From an uncultured Candidatus Saccharibacteria bacterium (GTDB lineage Bacteria; Patescibacteriota; Minisyncoccia; Phycocordibacterales; UBA2100), in the NCBI GenBank assembly GCA_964648335.1, contig CAZYLZ010000001.1:93449-157448 (forward strand): 64,000 nucleotides of DNA, in the 5' to 3' direction. Of the stretch, positions 57,280 to 64,000 are shown piece by piece. The notes under the pieces were generated by a model. It had not been told where the DNA came from. It was given only the letters and a program-made list of their open reading frames with translations, and searched no databases. Position 1 is the stretch's first letter. Each line of letters opens with the position of its first letter. The translations under genes were made by a program, and so were the position numbers.

Positions 57280-57849
57280 ATGGATACGCCCAGTAACGAC
57301 GAGCGTCAAAAGCGCGTGGCCGAAAGTGCTCGCAAGCAGCTTGCCGACGGCACGTGGCCAGAAGTACTAGCGGTATTTGGCTACCAAAACCCTAAAGCAC
57401 CGCTAACCAAGGACGAAGAGTTTGCCCGGCTGAAGGCTTGGTACGAACAGGCGGCGTGCCCCAACATGGCGCAGTTCGTCGATCTGCTCCGGTTTGCCGA
57501 AAAGGAGAACGGCACCGCGATGTCGTACAACTTTAGTATGCGCAAGCGGTTAGGTGCGCAGCGTGATCAAGACCCCGACTCTTTCAACTCGGTTCTTGCA
57601 GCGCTATGCCCCGACGTCTTGGTTGGGACGCGTCGGGGTGTAGACGGAGCCGCAATATGGCTCGCTACGTTCTCGCAGGTGGTACCGACTCTTGCGCCAG
57701 AGACGGTGCAGGTGATGGACAAGGTCTTTGGCGAGGCACTCGTTTTTTTGAGAGGCACGACCCAATCTGTAACGTTGGAAGAATTGTTGAAAGCCGGCCT
57801 AACTGGCGAAGGCAAGCTCTTTGACCCACCTGCTGTGTCTAAGCACTAA
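57280..57849 (+). CDS. hypothetical cytoplasmic protein
   Basis: ORF with good SD; no recognisable motif. Confidence 0.6.
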   Translation: MDTPSNDERQKRVAESARKQLADGTWPEVLAVFGYQNPKAPLTKDEEFARLKAWYEQAACPNMAQFVDLLRFAEKENGTAMSYNFSMRKRLGAQRDQDPDSFNSVLAALCPDVLVGTRRGVDGAAIWLATFSQVVPTLAPETVQVMDKVFGEALVFLRGTTQSVTLEELLKAGLTGEGKLFDPPAVSKH

Positions 57850-57855
57850 TGCAAC

Positions 57856-57888
57856 ACCGCCGATTCTGATGAATCGGCGGTATTTTTA
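57856..57888 (+). terminator. rho-independent terminator
   Basis: accgccgattc-tgat-gaatcggcggt perfect 11-bp stem followed by ATTTTTAAT. Confidence 0.8.
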
Positions 57889-58106
57889 ATCGTCGTAACC
57901 ACCACCTGGAGCCCCATCCGTATCTTTTCTCGGGCTTCGCCCTCTTCGCAGCGGCATTCTCGTGGTGCGGCTTTTATGCGATGATGGGGAAGAGTACATG
58001 CCCGGTGAGCTAATAGTTTAGTTCTAGCGAGTGAGGGTCGTTAAAACGGTACCTGAAACCATTACTCCCATGAAAGGGATAGTGACAATAAACCAAAAAG
58101 TATAAT

Positions 58107-60035
58107 TTAAAGAGGAGTATTTGTCTGAGCCGCCGGAGTGTGAGGGGCCATTTCCGCAATGAAACGAGTCGACTGCAAATACGCAGTTCCGCCTACTGTT
58201 TGAGATGGTGTAATTTGGCTGCCGTACGCCTCAACGGCGGGCATGGTACGCGCATGTGTGAGTGCCAAGTAGCCAACCCTACCAGCCGGCGGATCGGCTT
58301 TGACTCGAGTGATACCCACATAAAACAAGCGTCGGTCCTCTTCAAGCTTTGCTGCCTGTTCATCGTTGGTTAAATCGGGATTGGCCGTTGCAGGAAAGAG
58401 ACCCTCAACGCATCCGACGATGAACACAAACGGTGCGCTCAACCCCTTACTTTTATGCAAACTCATGATTCTCACTTCTGAGACAGCCGATGGCACCTCT
58501 GGATGGGTAATAGCTTCGTACAAGGCCTCATAAAGTTCTTGAGGCGTTTCCAGACTTTCTTTGGTTTGAGCGACCGCTTCACCGAGAAGCGCGGTCTGCG
58601 GGTTTTCGGGCAGCCATTGAGAAATGAATTGACCTAGGTCGGCCGCGGCCCGCAGAGAATCTATTTCTGTTTTAATTACATTGAACCGGGTCACGAGCGC
58701 TCCGGCATACGGAATGTTAAGAGTGCCTGTCGCCATGGCACTTAGAGCCTGCCATGGCGACGTGTGATTTGCCCTTACATGATTCATAAGCCGTCGATAC
58801 GCATTCGTCCTCCAGTCCGTCGCTCCGTAGCCAAGCAGCCAACGCAAAGCAATTCTATCCTCATTGTCCAATAGCAGCTTCAGGCTCGCGAAGCGTTCCT
58901 GTGCCGCGAGCGTGTCGAGGCTCGACTCAGCGTAATAAGACTTCGTAGGGATATTTAGACCTCTTAAATGATTGAAGATGGGCGTTGCAAACGCTTCACG
59001 TTGCGTGAGTACGATGATATCACTAGGTGCGACACCGCTCGCTACCAACGCCGATATTTTTTCGGCAACTGCCTCCGTTTCTTCTGTGGCGCTTCTATAT
59101 TGTCGTATCACAACTTCACCAGCGCCATTTTCTGCCCTCTCTGTCATGAGACGACCCGCAATTCGATCAGTATTGCGCGCAATGAGAGCATTCGCCATTC
59201 GCACGACAGTGGTCGGACATCTTCGACACTCTTCGATCGCATGGTCGTCCGCAGTATGTACAGTACTCCAATCACGAATACCTCCGGGATGCGCGTGCTT
59301 GAAGCTATAAATAGATTGATCGTCGTCGCCAATAACGCAGAGCGAGCCATTCTCGCCAAGAAAATGCAGAGCGTCCTGCTCGGCACGGTTCAGGTCTTGG
59401 TATTCATCCACCAGTAGGTGGCTAAATTCGTTTCTTTCCGGAGCGTCGGGATTATCTCGCAAGTACTGGTAAAGATGCGGTATTAACTCATCGACGAGCA
59501 TCGCTTTATGAAAACGAAGCCAGGTTACCAGGTCGTCCACAAACGACTGCTCGGCCGGAGAGCGAGTGTACCCGGGTTCTTGAGTTTGCAAACGCGCCCA
59601 CGCCGCAGCATACGCTTTTATGAGACGTTTGCGTTCGCGTTTATTGCCATGCGTAATACTTAAATCTGCCAACAGTGGCTCCATCTCGTATTTGTTGAGT
59701 GGTCTCGGTACGCGGCCCAACGCAGTGAGGACATGGTTACGCATGAGTATAGACATCGCCAGGCTATGGAGCGTCTTCGCTTTCAAGCGATCGGCACCAG
59801 CCACCCCTAGAGATAGAAGTTCACGCTGGATATCTTCAGCAGCAACTCGAGTGAAGGTTACGGCTAAAACACGTGCAGGATTGATACCCTCAACCTCAAG
59901 TATGCGCGCGACGCGACGCTTCATTGCGAAGGATTTGCCAGTACCGGGGCCAGCCAAGACTCGAATGCGCCTGTGAGTTGACCCTGCAATGCTATGCGCT
60001 GATGTTCCTGTGTTTAAGCCGTCGTCCCACGCCAT
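58107..60035 (-). CDS. UvrD/Rep-family superfamily 1 DNA helicase
   Basis: Motif I LAGPGTGKSF, motif II LLVDEYQDLN, motif III VIGDDDQSIY, motif V SLHKSKGL, motif VI YVGITR. Confidence 0.9.
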   Translation of the reverse strand: MAWDDGLNTGTSAHSIAGSTHRRIRVLAGPGTGKSFAMKRRVARILEVEGINPARVLAVTFTRVAAEDIQRELLSLGVAGADRLKAKTLHSLAMSILMRNHVLTALGRVPRPLNKYEMEPLLADLSITHGNKRERKRLIKAYAAAWARLQTQEPGYTRSPAEQSFVDDLVTWLRFHKAMLVDELIPHLYQYLRDNPDAPERNEFSHLLVDEYQDLNRAEQDALHFLGENGSLCVIGDDDQSIYSFKHAHPGGIRDWSTVHTADDHAIEECRRCPTTVVRMANALIARNTDRIAGRLMTERAENGAGEVVIRQYRSATEETEAVAEKISALVASGVAPSDIIVLTQREAFATPIFNHLRGLNIPTKSYYAESSLDTLAAQERFASLKLLLDNEDRIALRWLLGYGATDWRTNAYRRLMNHVRANHTSPWQALSAMATGTLNIPYAGALVTRFNVIKTEIDSLRAAADLGQFISQWLPENPQTALLGEAVAQTKESLETPQELYEALYEAITHPEVPSAVSEVRIMSLHKSKGLSAPFVFIVGCVEGLFPATANPDLTNDEQAAKLEEDRRLFYVGITRVKADPPAGRVGYLALTHARTMPAVEAYGSQITPSQTVGGTAYLQSTRFIAEMAPHTPAAQTNTPL

Positions 60036-60121
60036 AGTCTTTCACATTACTACTACTCAGCAGTATAGCCAACCTAGCCACATACAGCCTATCGTGAGGG
60101 GGGTAGACCCGTGCACACTCC

Positions 60122-61009
60122 TTACCCCGGTTTTGTACGTAGCTGACTAGTCACGTCGTCAGTTCTGTCACTACCAATCAGTGGTAACCCCCTCAGTGAA
60201 TCGAAGTTCTTTTGTAGTCGCGGCTCGCTTAACTTATGCCATTTCATTAAGAGCCAGCCCCGCCACAAGTAGATTTTGCTACGGATGGGATCGTTGAACG
60301 AGTGGTGTTCTAGGGAAAGGTCGAAATAAGTCTCTACGACATATGCGTACGCCACTTCGCGCCGAAACAGCCCAATGGCTTGATGCAGAGATTTGAGACA
60401 GTCTTTCCTAACCTTCCGTAAATGCGTGCGAGACTTCTTGGTCATAATGAATAGGTCATCCATACCGAGCCATCGAGAAAGCCGGAGGTTGCCGCTGCGG
60501 GCACGCCATGGACGACCCGGCACAAAGTAATGCAGCTTTAACTGTAAATAATACTGACCGTAGATTTCGCCCGCTGTGCGGTGGCAGTAGGCCACAGCGC
60601 CCACGTACGGTTTCTTGTTGATGAGCTTGTAACCCATATCAATGATGGCCTGTGTATTGCGCCATGTTGTCTGGAGCTTTGTATCAAGTTCCTTGTGCCG
60701 CTTCATCTCTGTCTCAAGACCAAATTCAAACCAGTCGATAGCCATCGTTATGTTCTTCATTTCCCCGATGTGCATCCCGGCTTCCGCAATCTCCGCCTTA
60801 GCTCGCATGAGACAAAACTGCGCAGCCATCTCAGGTCGGCCTGCTTTATCCGCAATAACTGCTCCGACTTCTGTCGCATGTCGAATCTCTGCTCCGTGAC
60901 GCAGCGAGTTAAGTCCAGAAATAAGTTCGTTCATGGCGTTAACCTTCTCATCCGGTGACATGCCGGAATCAGTGATGCTTTTTACGGTGTTTTTGAAGTT
61001 ATCGTCCAT
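60122..61009 (-). CDS. hypothetical protein; the longest ORF extends to 61075 and would overlap the upstream gene by 77 nt, so an internal start (MDDNFKN at 61009) is more likely
   Basis: ORF between the DUF4238-like gene and the helicase on the same strand; no recognisable motif. Confidence 0.5.
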   Translation of the reverse strand: MDDNFKNTVKSITDSGMSPDEKVNAMNELISGLNSLRHGAEIRHATEVGAVIADKAGRPEMAAQFCLMRAKAEIAEAGMHIGEMKNITMAIDWFEFGLETEMKRHKELDTKLQTTWRNTQAIIDMGYKLINKKPYVGAVAYCHRTAGEIYGQYYLQLKLHYFVPGRPWRARSGNLRLSRWLGMDDLFIMTKKSRTHLRKVRKDCLKSLHQAIGLFRREVAYAYVVETYFDLSLEHHSFNDPIRSKIYLWRGWLLMKWHKLSEPRLQKNFDSLRGLPLIGSDRTDDVTSQLRTKPG

Positions 61010-61964
61010 ACATTTTTCGATATCGCCACCAGTCGCGGAGCTTATACGCAAAAATCCGGGTCTCGTTTTTGACAATTTTCCATAGGAAAAGTGGGTCGAG
61101 GGGCACTCGACTAAACCATATCCATTTTTTCTCCGGATGCGGCGAAATGAACTCTTTGGTTGCGTGAGAACGCGTCATGCGATTGAGCATGCTCTCGACA
61201 TTGCCATTGCTCACGTATGAGTACCCGCGAAAGTTGGCCCACGTAAACATAACGGTAATTTCCGGACTAAGAGCGAGTGTCAACTGCACATTTTGCTGCC
61301 CAAAGCCAGGGCCGTAGAACCTCTGCCACTGCAGATCGGGGTTGAAAAAAACGCACGGGTCATCGGAGGTAATGAACCAATGTTTGTTTGGGTCTTTAAT
61401 GCACAGGAACGCTACGCTCATCTGCATTAGGATGTTGGCGATATACGGAATACTATCCACCATTTGGATTTTGTGCGCGTCTTTTTTGTATTCGATCCAT
61501 TGACGCACCTGCGGTGAGTCGTCGACGCCGCGCGTGCGCGCCATCTGTGTGCCGTGGTCGATGAGTTGCTGGATGAAGTTCTCCTGATTTTGCTTAAATC
61601 GCGGAGTGCGCACCATCTGCGCCGCAACGAACGCACAGAGATAGGCATGCTCCATTTCAGTAAGCGGCTTTTTTTGCTTGATCTTGTGTCTAAAGACGTA
61701 CGCATATTTTGATTCGATAGTGGAGAGGCTTCGCTCGATAGTGAAGTCTTTCTCTCCATTGAACTCGAACGTGTAGAGATGCGTTTCGGTAAAAATGTTT
61801 TTAGGTGCTCGCTTGTGAGAGTTTTTGCCGTCCTTATCGAATACCCACAAGTACGGCTCTTGGCCAGCCGGGGTACTAGGGTCGGTGAATTCCGACAAGT
61901 AGCAACGCGGCACAAAGTGCTGATCGCGCGGGCCTTTATTTTTCTTTTTGTTCTTCCTAGCCAC
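60999..61964 (-). CDS. DUF4238-like protein
   Basis: N-terminal QHFVPRCYLSEF matches the HxVPxxYLxxF opening motif recalled for DUF4238; not verified by search. Confidence 0.5.
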   Translation of the reverse strand: MARKNKKKNKGPRDQHFVPRCYLSEFTDPSTPAGQEPYLWVFDKDGKNSHKRAPKNIFTETHLYTFEFNGEKDFTIERSLSTIESKYAYVFRHKIKQKKPLTEMEHAYLCAFVAAQMVRTPRFKQNQENFIQQLIDHGTQMARTRGVDDSPQVRQWIEYKKDAHKIQMVDSIPYIANILMQMSVAFLCIKDPNKHWFITSDDPCVFFNPDLQWQRFYGPGFGQQNVQLTLALSPEITVMFTWANFRGYSYVSNGNVESMLNRMTRSHATKEFISPHPEKKWIWFSRVPLDPLFLWKIVKNETRIFAYKLRDWWRYRKMYGR

Positions 61965-62262
61965 GAGGTGATTATAGTGCTCGAGAGGCTATTAATTCAA
62001 CATCAGGCCACTACAGCGCTCTAAGAGGTATGCTTTCGCACACCTCCGGTGCTCTTTTTTTGGCGGTGCATTCGGGTTAAGTGCCCGTGCCTACCAATCA
62101 TTGTAAGGGTTTTTGAGGAACTTTAACACTAGCGGATTTGAGGCATGTGGGTCGGTCTCAATAGACACGATAGACACTATAAAAAGGATTGAGAAAGTGT
62201 CTTGTGTGACCGTGGAGGTATTTACACCTTTGACCACCTAGATACTTTTCTATATATGCAGA

Positions 62263-62643
62263 TTAAAAAGGAATATCTCTCTCCTCTTCGTCACTCACCT
62301 CAACCTCGACATCAGTAAGCTCTTCATTTTTAACATCGGCAGAGTATTTTACAATCGCGTCTTTATATAAACTATCAACTTCGGTTTTGAATTGACTTTT
62401 ATCACTCAAAAATTGAGTGAATTTTGAATGTATGTTCTCGTAAATTACTTGATGAGCCTTATTGCCCACAAGACTTTCGTCGTAAGCGTCCAACTCAAAA
62501 TCTTCTGTTTCTGCCGCATTTAATAACGCGAGTAGACCATCTTTGTTGATTTTATCTATCTCTTGGTACGTATTTCCGTCCCAGTAAAAACCCTTATTGT
62601 TTTCAATCTTTAAGTATTTCATATCATTTCTTAAAACTTTCAT
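62263..62643 (-). CDS. small acidic hypothetical protein, 20-nt overlap with the upstream ATPase gene; low-GC
   Basis: 126 aa, C-terminal VEVEVSDEEERDIPF; about 40% GC against about 60% elsewhere in the window. Confidence 0.55.
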   Translation of the reverse strand: MKVLRNDMKYLKIENNKGFYWDGNTYQEIDKINKDGLLALLNAAETEDFELDAYDESLVGNKAHQVIYENIHSKFTQFLSDKSQFKTEVDSLYKDAIVKYSADVKNEELTDVEVEVSDEEERDIPF

Positions 62644-64000
62644 ATAGACCCTTTCTGGTTTTGTAGGCCTCTTGACCGGCCTCCAATGTATCCAATAGAG
62701 TATCGTAACTACCTATCGATTCACTACCGTCTGCTGTTTTGAATTCTTTATCTCCTGGCGACCCAGAAAAAACTCTGTATTCGTCTTTTCCATTAATAAT
62801 TTGTCTTTGCGTGTATAACACATAATCAGGCTCCATAAGCATACCTACCGTATTGTTATGCGTTACAACAATGACTGGCATTTCTTTTGAAATGTCCTTT
62901 ATTTCCTTATTGACGTTTTTCTTTAGAAATAAGTTGTCAAAAGAAGATTCTGGCTCATCTACTAACAACATGTCGTATTGACGCGCATCCTGCAAAACTC
63001 TAAGTAAATTAAATTCAGCCATCTCTCCACCAGATACCTTTTTATCGTACTCGTTCAATACCTGATAAGTAACTTTACAAAAGTATCTATACAATTCACT
63101 TTTCTCAAGACCTTCCATATTTTTTAACTCTTCAAGGAAAAGAATGGGAGAGGCATACTTACTGAATGCAGCGGTAAAAGACACCTGCTTCCCAGATTCA
63201 TCGTGCAGACCTTGTGCCCCTGTGTATGGACTAGCAACTGCTCGGATTTTGAATTTGCCAAATACTTCTGTCTCTCTAATCTCAGATTCCTGTTTTATCG
63301 CATTCGCAATAGCATTAAATCTTCTCGTGCGCTCTCGCTCTAACTTTACTTGGTAAAAATCTATATCGCCATCATCAATTTTGGGACTGGAAGTCTTGTT
63401 CTCAAGTTGTTTTCTTGTTTCACTGACCAACTCATTTATCCACTCTTTCTTTAGGCGTACCTCCAATATTTGTTTATATTGTTTTGTTAGATCATCAAAT
63501 AGATTTTGTAGCTCCTCAGATGTAACATATTTATTGACTGTGTTTTTGTATGTGACACTTTTTAATATCAACCAGACCGCCTTGAGTAAGCGTTCTAATT
63601 CTTTCTCTTGATTGTGCCTGATCTGGTATTTGGTTTCTTTAAATAGAACTGCTCTAGAAAATTCATCTTGGAGTTTCTCGCTTGATGCATAATCTAACAA
63701 TGTCTCAATATATTTTCCTAATTTGTGACTAGTTGCTCTTCGATCTATTTCGATTATATCGTCCACGACGCTACGAAACTCTTTTAGATACTCTTCTCGG
63801 ACTGCACTTTTGTCCTTCTCCACACGCTTATTGAATTTCTTCTCGTCGTCTCTTATCAAATCAAACTGCTCAATATATTTAATAGATTTTTCCTCGGTAT
63901 CAAAAATATCCCTCAATTTATTCAAAAGATACGTTTTACCAGAAGACCTGCCACCAACAATAATGTTCAGGCCACTTGATAATACTTGACCATTATTGAA
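62624..64000 (-). CDS. ABC-like AAA_21/OLD-family-type ATPase (5' partial; the N-terminus continues beyond the window end)
   Basis: Manual translation of the reverse complement of 64000..63926 is in frame and open: FNNGQVLSSGLNIIVGGRSSGKTYLLNKLR, i.e. Walker A GGRSSGKT at 63932-63955. Downstream: signature-like SGGEMAEF, Walker B MLLVDEPESSFD (about 62950-62980) and VIVVTHN; the TTG at 63925 in the ORF track is internal. Confidence 0.8.
   Translation of the reverse strand, partial: FNNGQVLSSGLNIIVGGRSSGKTYLLNKLRDIFDTEEKSIKYIEQFDLIRDDEKKFNKRVEKDKSAVREEYLKEFRSVVDDIIEIDRRATSHKLGKYIETLLDYASSEKLQDEFSRAVLFKETKYQIRHNQEKELERLLKAVWLILKSVTYKNTVNKYVTSEELQNLFDDLTKQYKQILEVRLKKEWINELVSETRKQLENKTSSPKIDDGDIDFYQVKLERERTRRFNAIANAIKQESEIRETEVFGKFKIRAVASPYTGAQGLHDESGKQVSFTAAFSKYASPILFLEELKNMEGLEKSELYRYFCKVTYQVLNEYDKKVSGGEMAEFNLLRVLQDARQYDMLLVDEPESSFDNLFLKKNVNKEIKDISKEMPVIVVTHNNTVGMLMEPDYVLYTQRQIINGKDEYRVFSGSPGDKEFKTADGSESIGSYDTLLDTLEAGQEAYKTRKGLYESFKK

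Noticed and set aside
57850-58106. Intergenic region scanned for tRNA or small RNA genes
   Set aside because: No cloverleaf-compatible sequence (GTTC-type T-arm and matching acceptor stem) was found; only the terminator hairpin at 57856..57888 is evident
62040-62066. Weak hairpin followed by a T7 run (cacctccggtgctcttttttt)
   Set aside because: The stem is only about 4 bp, and it lies upstream of, not downstream of, any gene in the correct orientation; it is not a convincing terminator
58107-64000. Calling the 3' region a Gabija system (GajA plus GajB)
   Set aside because: The ATPase shows no TOPRIM domain in its complete C-terminal half, the helicase is not adjacent to it, and two other genes intervene. 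It is reported as a candidate defence island instead

Overview
This window reads mostly as a GC-rich (about 60% by eye) accessory region given over to cell-surface and secreted proteins. No rRNA, tRNA or CRISPR array was seen. Two giant intact ORFs dominate: nt 3..18128 (at least 6000 aa; the 5' end runs off the window) and 31739..43387 (3882 aa). Both are built from nested tandem repeats, including a 308-nt perfectly duplicated segment in the second. Between and after them lie four groups of surface-related genes. The first is a translationally coupled operon of a secreted 4xFN3 protein, an ABC ATPase and an FtsX-type permease. The second is a non-cellulosomal cohesin-dockerin set: two cohesin-like proteins with C-terminal TM anchors, one cohesin+dockerin adaptor, and two dockerin-tailed secreted proteins, one of which carries a Myxococcus-type Cys-rich repeat. 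The third resembles the Firmicute Csc cell-surface complex (WxL plus DUF916/DUF3324-type components) and comprises two WxL-like secreted proteins and four CscA-like (DUF916/DUF3324-like) paralogs, each with a C-terminal TM anchor. The fourth is a short housekeeping envelope block (TlpA-like thioredoxin, HtpX, DUF4105, HD hydrolase) with clean rho-independent terminators. The last 6 kb (58.1-64.0 kb, minus strand) is compositionally distinct; it falls to roughly 35-45% GC after 62.0 kb. It encodes a UvrD-like helicase, a DUF4238-like protein and an OLD/AAA_21-type ATPase whose Walker A motif sits at the window edge, and looks like a horizontally acquired defence island. Product calls rest on motifs read directly from the translations; no database search was run.
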